A DNA stretch of 64,000 bases from an uncultured Verrucomicrobiae bacterium (GTDB lineage: Bacteria > Verrucomicrobiota > Verrucomicrobiia > Chthoniobacterales > Chthoniobacteraceae), in NCBI GenBank assembly GCA_963828525.1, contig CAWHEP010000004.1, forward strand, positions 160,001-224,000, read 5' to 3'. The translations under genes and the position numbers were made by a program. The notes under the pieces were generated by a model, which had not been told where the DNA came from, did not search any database, and saw nothing but the letters and a program-made list of their open reading frames with translations. This document shows, one piece after another, positions 29,080-40,905 of this stretch (position 1 is the first letter of the stretch; the number at the start of each line of letters is the position of its first letter).

Positions 29080-32000
29080 TCCACCACCCTTCCGAGTTCG
29101 GTGGAATAGAGGCCCATTCGTGTCACCCTTCGTTTCATGCCTCTCTCCAGCACTTCACCGTAAGACTGCAGTTGCGGAGTGTATTGTTTCAGTATCCGCA
29201 TTCGAAAATCGCCCTCGAGTTCCGCCGCGAGAATGCGATCCGTCTTCCAATCTATGATCCAGCATTCTCCGCTCTTCGTTACTACGATGAGATCGACGAC
29301 ACCCTCCACCCACGCTTCGCGTGAACGCGCGAAACTGAATGGAGTCTCAGGTAAAAATACTTTGCCAGCGTCGATCAATTCACGATGCAAACCGCTGGTC
29401 ACCCAGCGGTTCCATTCAACCTCCACGCGCTCTGCGAAGGCTCGTGGCGAATTGGATGCAACGCTTTCGCAGTAGCGCGCCCGCTCGCTTGCGGACGCCT
29501 TCCATGGGAATTGCTCCATCGTCTTGTGCCACCACTGACCATAGTCGACGCCGCCGATCTCCGTGATGGGAAAGCGCTCGTCCAGATCGCTGCCGGGCTT
29601 CTGATCACGCGCGAGAGAGTGGGGAAGAATACGCTCTGGAATCGCCATGGAATTCTGCACAGCGGCGCGGAGCATCTCCGCTGCCGGAGCAATATGGATC
29701 TGGGGAGACGGCAACTCATTCGAAGAGCCCGCAGCAGTCAGCGCGGAGGGTTTTTGAAGGTGTGTCCCGTGATCGAACTCCCGCCATTTCGCAAGTCTCA
29801 GGAAATTCGCGGCATCAGACTTGTTGTAGAGGGGAGAGCTGTCAGGCAGCACCAGCAGAGCCTTCGCGCGCGTCACCACGACGTAGAGGACCCGCTGCAG
29901 CTCCTCCCGCCTCTCGCGTTCGATTTGCTCCGCAACTTCGCCGTCAAGTGTAAGGGCGGAGAGGTGGACGGTCACCCGGCCGTTGTGCTGTTGGACGCGC
30001 GGAAAAGCTGGTTTAAGCACTTCGATTGCGCGCCCCAATCCCAGCGGGATCACTACGGGCCATTCGAGCCCCTTTGCCTTCATGCACGTCAAAAGCTGGA
30101 TTTCCTTCCCGCTCTGCGCAGTGCTCGCCGCTTTCTGGCGCAGTTGCGAGCAAACCTCATTTACCCAATCCCGCAACGACACCCCGTCGGATTCAGCCTG
30201 CATTGCTTCGTATCGGAACGCGTCGAGACCTCCGCTCGGATAACCGAGCGCCTGCAGCCTTGCTGCCAGACCGCATTCCTCGAGCGCATGGTCGACGAAT
30301 CGGCTGAGAGAGCGGTTCTCCCGGCTCTCGTCGGCTCGCAGTCGGCGCAACAGAGCAAGCGCATTCCCTAATCTCCCCTCCGTGCTCCCTCTAGAAGAGT
30401 ACCAGTTGCTTTGCTCTGTGAGCGTTCGCCAGCTCGACGTCTGATACCGCGAATATCTCCCGCAACACGCCAATCAATTCAAAGCGATCGTACGGGTTCA
30501 GCAAAACGTGGAGCAACGCCGCTGGCCAGCTTCGATCCGCAACCTCAAGGTTCAGTCTTTTCTCCGCCAGGGATCGGCAGGGCACATTATAACGCTTCAA
30601 TACCTCGCGGGCTGCGGTCAGCCATTTATGACGAGGGCAAAGGATTGCAACCTCGCCCCAACTGTTCACGCCAAGTCCCGCTGGCCCGTAAGCCTTTAGA
30701 AACGCGGCTACCTGTTCGCATTCTTTTTCGAACACTTCTTCGACCCGCCATATATCTTTCAGCGCCTCCATCGGCAGCCTCCATGCAGCACCGTCTGGAG
30801 ATCCTGGTTTTGGCTGCAGCTCGCGGAACTGCACATGGAGCTGATTCAACCTGCCCCCCGCCACAAAGAGCGCGTTTACCGTGTCGGTCACCTTCCGAGG
30901 GCACCGCATGGTGACCGAAAATTCCAAATTCTCACCGCCGCTTCCCTCGCGGTATGCGTCCACGTATTTGCGGTAAATTTCGAGGTTTGCCCTCCCATAG
31001 ATTGCCTGCTGCTCGTCGCCTACGAAACTGAAACGGCCGGGCCGGGGCCCTTCGGATTGAAGGTCGGATGGCCACGCGTCTGTCTTCGCTTGCGGGGGAC
31101 GTGTGATCTCCGTCAAGATCGAAAACATTACTTCATCGGTGTCCTGCGCCTCGTCCAGGATCACAATATATTCCCGAGCGCGCAGCCGTTGCAGCACATC
31201 CGGAGATTCGACCAGCTTCCGGCACCAGGTGATCTGGTCTTCGTAAGTCATGAATCCTTCGCTTACGCGATACTCGTGATACGCGAGGCTGATTTCCGCG
31301 GCAATGCGTCCCGAAAGGTTCCCCAGCCAGGCCGCGAAGGGCGCCATTTCACGCCTGTAGGATTCCTTAAAGGTACCTGTCCCTTTGTCGAATTGCGGCA
31401 GCTTGAGAAAGGGTTCCCCATCCGCAAATCCTTTCAACCACGCGCGAATCTCCGACTGATTTTTCGCAGTGTATTCTGGAGATCGCTTCCCTGAATCCGA
31501 GAGCGAATTCGTAAAATCAAGCGGCGGCTCGGCGGTATCGACAAACTGCTCCATAATCTGCTTCGCCGAGAGTGGGTCGAGACGCTTTGCCAGGGTCAGC
31601 AGTTCGTCGAAAGAAAGAAAACGGAGCACGGTGGAAAGTGCTGGCTCCGGGAATTCGCACCGATCCAGACGCCTGCTTTCGGTAAAACGCGTCCATAGCT
31701 CCTCCCCCTGTTCTTCCTCCAGAAGGTCGAGTGAACGGGAGAGGCCCAGAAAGCGCCCCTGCTCCTGTACCAGCTTCAAACAAAAGCTATGGATTGTTCC
31801 GAAGAATGCGCGCCGCAAGTCTGCCAGCAAGTTCTGCCGCAAATGCGCGGAAGCTCGCAACTCTCCCAGGATGCGCTCGCGCGACCGGACCTTCAACTCC
31901 TCTGCGGCGGCTTTTCCGTAAGTGACAACCACCAGGCGGGGAAGCAGCTTCGGCTCTCGAAGCGCGAGGGCGGCGATCCTGTCCACGATAGCCGTTGTCT

Positions 32001-32097
32001 TCCCTACACCCGCTCCAGCGGATACACAGAAGTTCTGGTTCAGCTCCCGGGTGAAGCGATCACGCGCGGACTGGTCTTGAAGGCTATTCACCTTCAT
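29076..32097 (-). CDS. AddA-like UvrD helicase with PD-(D/E)xK nuclease (frameshift near 30400)
   Basis: AGAGVGKT, GTIHSF, LDEAQDT, GDEQQAIY, KAKGLEW, LYVVVTRAK, GVVDL...IDWKTD. Confidence 0.88.
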
Positions 32098-32228
32098 AGA
32101 ATTGTCACAGTTCCAGGTCACCTGCACGGAAAACCGCGCAATTCCAGGGCGTAAGTGTTTGATGCGCTGCCTTGTAGGACAAAGACTACTTGTCTCGCTT
32201 ACGCATTTGAAACAATTTTGTCTCCGCA

Positions 32229-33200
32229 ATGAGCGAAACGAGGTTTTTGTGCGCGTGCGGTCAGCACATTGTTGCGGAAGGCGAGTGGACGGGAGAACCC
32301 ATCAACTGCCCTTCATGCGGCTCCTTGTTGCGCGCCCATGCCGCTCTTTCCTGTATGGAGAATTCGGGAGGCGCGGCTGCCGCGCCGGGTCTGAGGCTAG
32401 GTAACACCGCGGCGCAGGAAGTTTCTGAACTCAAGAACCTTCTCGAAGCCGCGGAACTCGATAAAGGGGAGTTTCGCGCCCTCCTCAGGGAATGCGAGGA
32501 GTCTTTGGGCCGCCGTGACGAGGCGCTGAAGGCGCTTCACGCAACGCACGGGAGCGCGCTTGCCGAATTGGATAACGCTCGCGCGCGCATCACTGAGCTG
32601 CAGGCGCGTGTGGAAATAGCGGTCAGTGAGACAGGGCAGCTTGCCGCCCGCATGGAACAACAATCGGCGGACTCTGCCAGGCAGGTCGCGGAGATCAGGG
32701 GAGTCTGCGCGACTCTGGAGGAGGCGAACAAGGCAACTGAGCAGAGATTGCAAGCTTCCCAGGCGGAGTTGGCGGAAATGGAAGTCTTAAAAGCCAGACT
32801 TGAGAAAGACATTGATTCCATACCGAACGCCCGTGAGATCATCCCGCTGCGATCCAACGCGCTCGAGGCTCGTGAAGCGCTGGCTCTCGCGAAGAAAGAG
32901 CTTTCCACACTCCGCTCTCAACAGGCGCGCTCGGAAGGAGAAATCGCCCGTTTGGAGGGCAAGGCGGTTAAACTTGCCCTCGAACTTTCCGCTGCGCAAC
33001 ACGCCCTGTCGGAATCAAAGGCGGAGCACGACAACCAAGTTCTCCGCGGCCTTGTGGAGCGGTTGAACGAGGAGCTTCAGCAATATCGCTACCTTCCCAA
33101 GCGAACGCGGAAGAAGCTTGCTCGTAAATCCCGCGCCGCGACTCAAGGCGGTTCTTTTCGCTGGCCTTGGTCCCGCTTTTTCGCCATATCCAAGGGCTGA
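32229..33200 (+). CDS. Zn-ribbon plus coiled-coil protein
   Basis: CACG...CPSCG, then heptad-rich sequence. Confidence 0.7.
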   Translation: MSETRFLCACGQHIVAEGEWTGEPINCPSCGSLLRAHAALSCMENSGGAAAAPGLRLGNTAAQEVSELKNLLEAAELDKGEFRALLRECEESLGRRDEALKALHATHGSALAELDNARARITELQARVEIAVSETGQLAARMEQQSADSARQVAEIRGVCATLEEANKATEQRLQASQAELAEMEVLKARLEKDIDSIPNAREIIPLRSNALEAREALALAKKELSTLRSQQARSEGEIARLEGKAVKLALELSAAQHALSESKAEHDNQVLRGLVERLNEELQQYRYLPKRTRKKLARKSRAATQGGSFRWPWSRFFAISKG

Positions 33201-33235
33201 TTAGCTAATTTCCTCAACCCCGAACTATTTCATCT

Positions 33236-33757
33236 ATGATCCGTTGTCTCCCTCTCCTGTTGTGCGGCCTGCTTTCCGTGGCGCTTCCTTTTGAGGCGCT
33301 CGCCGCCGATTACAGCTTTGACTTCAAGACCGAAAAAAAGAAGGTCGAAGGCAAGCGATCCACTTCCATTGACATGCAAAAGATGGATGAGAAATGGGCG
33401 TACAACGTCGAAATTGATAACCACTCCTTCAAGGACATCTCGGGCGTCGAAATAAAGTATGTCGTCTTCTATAAAGTTGTCCAAGCAGGCAGCAAGGTGG
33501 AGAAGGACAAGCGCCTTTCGGGATCCGCAACCGCCGCGGTGCTGAAAAATAACGCTCAATTCACATTCCAGACAGACCCCATCGAACTCATCAAGACCCA
33601 GTTGATCGGTGGCTTCTACTGGGGAAATGGCGCGAAGACAAGATCGCGGGACGCGCTGACCGGCATCTGGGTGCGCATCTTCCAGAACGGCACAATGATC
33701 GGCGAATACGCTGATCCCTCCAACCTTACCAGCCAGGATTGGGAAGCCAAGAAGTAG
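33236..33757 (+). CDS. Secreted hypothetical protein
   Basis: Signal peptide, 173 aa. Confidence 0.7.
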   Translation: MIRCLPLLLCGLLSVALPFEALAADYSFDFKTEKKKVEGKRSTSIDMQKMDEKWAYNVEIDNHSFKDISGVEIKYVVFYKVVQAGSKVEKDKRLSGSATAAVLKNNAQFTFQTDPIELIKTQLIGGFYWGNGAKTRSRDALTGIWVRIFQNGTMIGEYADPSNLTSQDWEAKK

Positions 33758-33802
33758 AGACTTAGCAGCGAGGAGGGTTCTCGTGGTCTCCTTCGCGACG
33801 AC

Positions 33803-34576
33803 TCACCCGGAGGAGTGGCGCTCGAGAAACTCCGCTGCGAGCGCGCGGTAAGCTTGAGCGCCCAGACCGTTTGGGTCGTATTCGATGATAGGCTTTCCAA
33901 AGCTCGGAGCCTCGCCGAGCCGCACTGTTCGCGGGATCATTGTTTTATACACGATGGCCTCGAAGTGGTTGCGCACCTCCGCGTTTACCTGCTGACTGAG
34001 GTTTGTTCGCGCGTCATACATCGTCATGACAATTCCTTTTAGCTCCAAGCCAGGGTTTGCGCCGCATTCCTGAATCTGGCTGACAACCGTCACAATTTTC
34101 GAGAGCCCTTCAAGCGCGAAATATTCGCATTGGATGGGCACCAACAACTCGTCGGCCGCGGCGAGCGCGTTCGTCATCAAGATCCCGAGCGAGGGAGGGC
34201 AGTCGAGAATCACAAAATCGAACGGAGCATTGGCGCGCAGGTCTTCCATAGCCGATCGCAGCCTTGTGAGATGGTCGTTTTGCCTCGCCACTTCGATTTC
34301 CGCGCCCGCGAGATCCAGGTGCGAAGGGATGATGAATAGATGCTCGAACCGGGTCGGCAGGACCTTATCCACAATCGACGCGTCGGATATCAGCGGCTCG
34401 TAAACACTGAATCCCTCCATCGACTCCAGCCCCAGCGCGCTTGTTGCGTTCGCCTGGGGATCAAGATCGATGAGAAGCGTGGCCGCGCCTGTTGCTGCCA
34501 GACAGCTCGAAAGATTCACGGCTGTTGTAGTCTTTCCCACACCTCCCTTTTGATTTGCGACAGCAATCGTCTTCAT
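33803..34576 (-). CDS. parA: ParA/Soj ATPase
   Basis: NQKGGVGKTT, DLDPQAN, DCPPSLG, EAPSFG. Confidence 0.95.
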   Translation of the reverse strand: MKTIAVANQKGGVGKTTTAVNLSSCLAATGAATLLIDLDPQANATSALGLESMEGFSVYEPLISDASIVDKVLPTRFEHLFIIPSHLDLAGAEIEVARQNDHLTRLRSAMEDLRANAPFDFVILDCPPSLGILMTNALAAADELLVPIQCEYFALEGLSKIVTVVSQIQECGANPGLELKGIVMTMYDARTNLSQQVNAEVRNHFEAIVYKTMIPRTVRLGEAPSFGKPIIEYDPNGLGAQAYRALAAEFLERHSSG

Positions 34577-34625
34577 GATGAAGGGAGATGATAAAGCGGC
34601 TTCAGCCGCGGCATGGCCCTGTTTG

Positions 34626-35442
34626 TCACGGCTCGGATGCCGGCTCTCGTTGCACGGGATTGCTTAGGACTCCGATCCTCTCAATTTCAATCTCAACGAG
34701 GTCTCCCGGCCTCAGCCACAGCGGCGGTTTGCGCGCCATCCCAACTCCTTGCGGTGTGCCGGTAAAAATAACTGTGCCGGGCAAGAGCGTAGTGCTCCCG
34801 CTCAGGAATTCAATGAGGGGTGCGACATCGAAAATCATGTCGCTCGTGTTGGAACTTTGCAGCGTGGTTCCGTTCACGCGGGTGCTGATTGCCAGCGTTT
34901 GCGGATTGCCAATTTCATCGGCGGTTACAAGACACGGGCCAAGCGGGGCAAAGGTGTCGAACGTCTTCCCGCGGCACCATTGGCTCCCGCCCGCGTTGTA
35001 TCTGCCAGTCCCGAGCGCTCACGTCATTGCCACAGGTATAACCCAGGACATAATCGAGCGCTTTGGCGCGGGCCACGTTCTTGCACTTGCGCCCTATGAC
35101 GACGGCAAGCTCGCATTCGTAGTCAACCTGTTCGCTTTTCAGGTGTGTGGGGATCTCGATAGGCGCGCCGGGGTGTTGGACAGCGTTTGCGCTCTTAACG
35201 AAGAGAATCGGGTAGTCCGGGATCTTCGCGGAGGTCTCCTCCGCGTGATGCCGGTAATTTAAGCCGATGCAGAGAATGGCAGCCGGCGCGATGGGCGCCA
35301 GTCGCGTGGCGATTTCGGCGCGGACAGCAGTAATCTCAAACGCGCCAAAGATATCACCCGAGATCAGGCGCGCTGAGCCGTCCGATTCCTCTGCCCCATA
35401 TTGGATTGCGCCCGCGGCATCCAGAAAGCGAACGACCCTCAT
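34626..35442 (-). CDS. Fumarylacetoacetate hydrolase family protein (frameshift near 34990)
   Basis: [27 protein letters not shown]. Confidence 0.9.
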
Positions 35443-35497
35443 AAATCAAGGGGAAGGGAGGATCGCCCGACAGGCAAATGTCTGCGCGCCCCGTGGA

Positions 35498-35692
35498 TCA
35501 GGAGCCGGTGCCGATCTTGTCGCTGTCGTCCTTTTTATGCTGAATTTCTGTCCTGTACATCTTTTTGAAGTAGTTCAGCTCTTCGCCCATATTCTTCGAG
35601 AAATTTCCCGGTCCGTGTTCGAACAGAACGACGAAGGAGAGAGTGGACAAAAGGAACAGCGCCACCCAAAACAGCATACGGAACAATCCCAT
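35498..35692 (-). CDS. Small membrane protein
   Basis: 64 aa with an N-terminal TM segment, in line with the operon. Confidence 0.6.
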   Translation of the reverse strand: MGLFRMLFWVALFLLSTLSFVVLFEHGPGNFSKNMGEELNYFKKMYRTEIQHKKDDSDKIGTGS

Positions 35693-35724
35693 TCGTCAGG
35701 AAGTTAAATGGCGGAGTGTTCGAG

Positions 35725-36892
35725 TCAAGCCGGGAGTTCAGGCAGATCGACCCAGGCCCGTTTTGACCAGGACTCGATGCCCTTTTTCTGCGAGCTGGAC
35801 ACCTTTGGCTCCCTCGAGAAGTGACCAGGGGAATGGTTCATCGAGAACAACATGGCGAAGAAAGAGTTCCCACTGCACTTTGAACGCATTTTCCATCGGG
35901 TGATAAGCCGGGACCCGCGTCCAATTGTCAAAAAATCGATCGGGACTGTCGATATCGGGATTCCAGGTGGGCCGTGGTGTGGCGCTCGCGTGTTGCACGC
36001 AGCAATCCCTTAGTCCGGCGATCGCGGAACCCTTGGTGCCATCCACTTGCAAGGTGAGGAGGTCATCCCGCCGCACCCTCACAGTCCAGGAGGAATTAAA
36101 TTGCGCAACGATGTTCCCCTCCAGCTCAAAGGTCGCGTAAGCGGAGTCATCGGCGGTGCAGTTATAAGCCTTTCCAGCCTCATCCCAGCGCTTCATGACA
36201 TGGGTGGCACCAAGACAGGAGACGCTTTTTACCTTTCCGAAAAAGGTTATCCAGCACATAACGCCAATGGCAGAGCATATCTACAATGATGCCGCCATCA
36301 TCTTCCTTCCTGTAGTTCCAGGAAGGCCGTTGCGGCTTGATGACATCGCCTTCATACACCCAGTAGCCAAATTCGCCGCGTACGGATAGGATTTGCCCAA
36401 AGAAGCCGGTATCGATCAGCGTCTTCAGTTTCACCAATCCCGGCAGCCACAGCTTGTCCTGCACGACGCCATTTTTCACGCCGGCTTCTTTGGCGACCTG
36501 GTAAAGCTCGTAGGCCGCCTCGGTGGAAACCGCAGTCGGCTTCTCGCAATAAACATGCTTGCCCGCCGCAATCGCCTTTTTCACAGCGTCCGCGCGGCGA
36601 CCCGTCGTCTGCGCATCGAAATAGATCGTGTTATAGGGATCGGCGAGCGCGGATTCCAGATCGGTGGTGAAACGGCCCGGCCCCCCGAGAGCGGCGAGTT
36701 TTCGAAGCTTCGCCTCACTTCTGCCCACAAGGATCGGATCGGGCATGATGACCTCGCTATCACTCACCCTGAATCCCGCCCTGCTCGATGATGGCAAGGA
36801 TCGAGCGAATCAAATGCTGGTTGGTTCCCATGCCGCCCGGTGACGCCGTTCATGATGATGCCGACCGTATGGGTTTTGGTGTGGTTGTGCAT
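35725..36892 (-). CDS. Gfo/Idh/MocA oxidoreductase (several frameshifts)
   Basis: IIMNGVTGR.MG, HVYCEKP, GVVQDKLWLPG, DMLCHW. Confidence 0.85.
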
Positions 36893-36901
36893 AAGGGGAG
36901 A

Positions 36902-37347
36902 TTATTCTGGTTTAGTGGTGCATTGCGGGCCACGCGCCGGGCGGGAGGTGAGGCGCGTCCACTCCTGCTTTCGGCAGGGTGCCAGCTAGTTCCTGCCGCC
37001 AGTGTGCCACATCTCCGCCGGGAGCATAGCAATACATCATGCGAAGAGGAGAATCGCCGATGTTGGTGAGCTGGTGAAAAATGTTGGAGGGGATATACAC
37101 CATCTGCCCGGTCGTAAGAGTCTGCCGCTCTTCGCCCAGACACATTTCCCCCGTGCCTTCCACGATGAAATAAATCTCCTCCTGCTCCTGGTTGTGCCAA
37201 GGCACCTGGCCTCCGTTGGGTCCAGGGTGACATGGCCCATCGCGAAATTAGTTGAGCGAATCGGGTGCGCTTCCCGACCATGCTTTGCGTATACCTGCGC
37301 GCGGGATAGCGGCTTCCATGGATTTTTTCGAGGTCGGCGATGATCAT
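36902..37347 (-). CDS. Cupin domain protein (frameshifts)
   Basis: PWHNQEQEEIYFIVEGTG...IPSNIFHQLTN. Confidence 0.8.
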
Positions 37348-37354
37348 AGGCTTG

Positions 37355-38734
37355 TTAGCGCGCGTTGCCATAAAAGGCAAGATAAGGGTCGCCCGCAATA
37401 ATTCTTTGCAGGTAAAGAGCGGCCTCCCGCGCATGGTAGTCTCCCCACATGCTCGATTCCCCGCACGGAACGCGGCGTCCCGGGGGAATAAAGTCCCACC
37501 CGTTTGGACGGTGATATACCGAGTGCAGCAATAAACCTTGATGCGTGGCAGAGTCGCAAATGTAGGGATCGTCGAAAAGGCTGTTAAGCACTGTGAGCCC
37601 AGCCTGCCAGTAGCGACTGGCCTCTGTCGACGGCCGTTTTGCTGAAGATAATGGCCCAGCCGCAACAGGCCCTGCGCCGCGATAGCCGCCGCCGAGCTAT
37701 CCACGGGCTCATAGTCATTAAATGGATCCGCTGGTTTGTCAGGTAATCCGCCCATGGAGGAAAGGCCCGGCGCGCCGGTATCCCAGTAGGGTATTCCGTC
37801 ACTCGGGGAATGCTCGATATAAAAGTCGCATGTCGCCCGGGCTGCCTTCACGAACAGTCCCGCCACGCCTTCGCCGCAACCGTCCAGTTCCTTTTCGCCG
37901 AGAAGGCGAGGAACTCCAGTTGTTCGGCATATCCGCACATGATCCATGCAAGACCTCGCGTCCAAGTGGTGAAGGGAGAGTAACCCTGCTGCGAATTCGG
38001 GCAGCGGTAAGCGCCGTCATTCACGTTAAAAATGCTCTCGTGAGCCACCCTGCCGCGGATGTCATACGTAGTCCCGGCCGTCTCCGAAATAAACCCCGTA
38101 TCTCGCTGTTGTCCTGGCATGCTCCACGAGCCTGCGCAGCAGAGAGATGCGAGTGTCCTGTTCGCCCATCAGGACATGGCCGAGCTGGTGCGAAAGAGCC
38201 AGCGCCCGCAGCGAGCGAATAGTATCCGCGAAAAGGGAGTGCGGTCCGTTAAAGGAATAGATAAAGCCCTCGCCTTCTGCTGTTTTCGTCCAGCGACTCG
38301 CTTGCACCGCGCCCGAGCATTTGATCGCAAGTTCGTAGAGGTCGCGTTCACGCCTGTTGTCCTCGATCCGGCCTTCTCCCATCAAACGCCAGAGGTTTCC
38401 GTACGTGCTTACATTGTTGAATCCGTGGTCATGAACACCCGTGTGGGTGATGTGATGAGCCATGCGTTCAATGGTCTTCCGACGGCCAAGCTCCAAAAAC
38501 TCGGTCTCGCCAGTGGCGTCGAATTGCAGGATGGCGGAGCCGTATACGAATCCCTGTGTCCATTCTGTCCAGCCCCTCGCCGTGTACTTTCCCTCAATTG
38601 TAAAGACGGGGGTGGCGGCGCCGGGTTCGTCGTGCCTATCAATCGAGCGAATTTTCACGGCGGAGGCCGTCCAGAGTCTGTCGATCTTTGGCTGTAGAGA
38701 CCGCCGCCTGGAGAGTGTTGTCGATTCGAATCAT
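37355..38734 (-). CDS. GH88-like unsaturated glucuronyl hydrolase (several frameshifts)
   Basis: WTQGF, HDHGF, TWTRGLAW, PYWD, DSSAAAIA, WGDY. Confidence 0.8.
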
Positions 38735-38741
38735 GCTGTCA

Positions 38742-39522
38742 CTAGATAGAGCGAAGGTGAAAGCCTCCGTCCACATTGAACACCTGCCCCGTGCTGTATG
38801 GGAATAACCCAGTGGCGACCGCCACAACGCATTTTCCGATGTCGGAAGGCCTTCCCCATCGATTGATCGGGGCCAGCCCCGGCAGCAAACATTTGTCGTA
38901 CTTTTCCTTCACCGGGCCGGTCATATCCGTCTCTATAACGCCCGGTTGAACTTCAAACACACCGATTCCATACTCGGCAAGCCTGAATGCGTAAAGCTGT
39001 GTTACCATGGAGAGGCCAGCCTTCGCGACGCAGTAGTCCCCCCGATTGGTCGACACGGTGAACGCCGAGATGCTCGTGATATTCACTACCGCTTTGGGCG
39101 ATTCCCCATGCGGGCCGCAGGCAATCATTAACTTTGCCGCGGCTTGAGTAAGAAAGTAGGGTCCTTTGAGGTTGATGTTGATTAGCCTGTCAAAGCTCTC
39201 CTCGCCGGCCTCCAGCAGATCGGCGCGAGCGCTTCGGGGCGACCCCCGCGTTATTCACGAGCACATCCAGGCGGCTGAACCGACTGGCGGCAAAATCAAC
39301 GATGCGCGCGCGGTCGTTGGCAACCGATATATCCCCCTGAACAATCTCCACTTCAATCTGCCCCTTCCCCGCCGCTTCGCACAGAGCCTTGCATTCCAAG
39401 GCAGCCCCTTCGTTGCCGGAGTAGTTGATGATGAGATCGTGCTTACCGCAAGAGGCAAGCTCGAGCGCGATCCCGCGGCCAATTCCGCGGGACGATCCGG
39501 TGATGAGGGCGACGGGGTTCAC
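38742..39522 (-). CDS. SDR family oxidoreductase (frameshift)
   Basis: [21 protein letters not shown]. Confidence 0.88.
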
Positions 39523-39711
39523 TGTTTGCTATATAGCGACGCTCTTCAAACACCGCTAGCATCCGCGGGGCTTTTACCAGCACAAAATCAACATGGCGCT
39601 GGAATGGGAGCTTCGTTATCCAGCAGCCCTCGCAGTCGAAACCCCCTTTGAGCGCCAATTTTCCCGTAGGCAACTCGTCGAGTAGGTTTTATGATGCGCA
39701 ACTCTCCTAAC

Positions 39712-40900
39712 GTGCGCGTCCCCCTCCTCGACCTAAAACTTCAGGTACCAGCTGCTTCGCGCCGAGATTGAGGCCGAAGTCGCCTCCGTGATGGATTCGC
39801 AGCTTTTCATCCTCGGGCCAAAGGTCGAGGAATTTGAGCAGGCAATCTGTCAATATACAGGCTCGCCGCACGCGGTGGGGGTTTCGTCAGGCACGGACGC
39901 CCTGCTTGCCATATTGATGGCGCTCGGAGTCGGGCCGGGTTGCGCTGTCATCACCACGCCTTACACATTCTTCGCGACCGCGGGCGGCATTTCCCGCGTT
40001 GGCGCTGAACCGGTATTCGTCGATATCGAGCCGGATACCTGCAACATTTCGGTCGAAAAACTCGCTGACTGCCTTGCTAAGTGCAGCCGCAATTCGGGCG
40101 GGCAGCTTCTATCCCGTTGTGGAAACGTAGTGAGCGCGATCATGCCTGTTCACCTCTTTGGACAATGCGCTCGCATGGACGAAGTAATGGAGCTTGCCGG
40201 ACGGTTTGAACTGCCCGTCATCGAAGATGCCGCGCAAGCGCTTGGAACCACTTATCCCGCGGCGACAGGCGCTCTGCTCAACGCGGGAGCAATCGGGGAA
40301 TTTGGCTATTTCAGTTTCTTTCCTTCCAAAAACCTCGGCGCGTTTGGCGATGCCGGCATGGTCGTATGCAGGGACGAAGAGATGGCGTCGCGGATGAGAT
40401 CGCTGCGAAACCATGGAATGGAAGAGCGCTACTTCCATCCGAGGATCGGCGGCAATTTTCGTCTGGACGCTATGCAGGCGGCTGTGCTCCTCGTCAAACT
40501 GCCTCATCTGGAAGACTGGTCAGCAGCCCGGATATCCAATGCGCAATTCTATCGCGATGAGATCCATCGGCGTGGTCTTCTGGATTACATCACTCCGCCC
40601 GCCGCGCCATCGGGCTCGGCAAATTCCAGGAATCACACCTACAACCAGTTTGTCGCGCGCGCCGCCCGCCGGGAAGATTTGTGCAGACATCTAACAGAGC
40701 ACGAGATCGGTTGGGCCATATACTATCCAGTGCCCCTCCATTTGCAGGAATGCTTTGCGAGCATCGGCTGCGCCGAGGGCGATTTTCCGGAGGCAGAGAA
40801 GGCCGCGCGTGAGACTCTTGCGCTTCCGATCTATCCGGAACTCACACGCGACCAGCAGCGCCGCGTCGTTGAAGTGATCGCGGAGTTTTACGAAAGATAA
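39712..40900 (+). CDS. DegT/DnrJ/EryC1/StrS aminotransferase (frameshift near 39745)
   Basis: VPLLDL, SSGTDAL, EDAAQA, SFFPSKNLG. Confidence 0.93.
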
Positions 40901-40905
40901 ATCCC

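Noticed and set aside
32150..32205. GCGTAAG...CTTACGC inverted repeat in the addA intergenic region
   Set aside because: Short arms, long loop, single copy; compatible with chance
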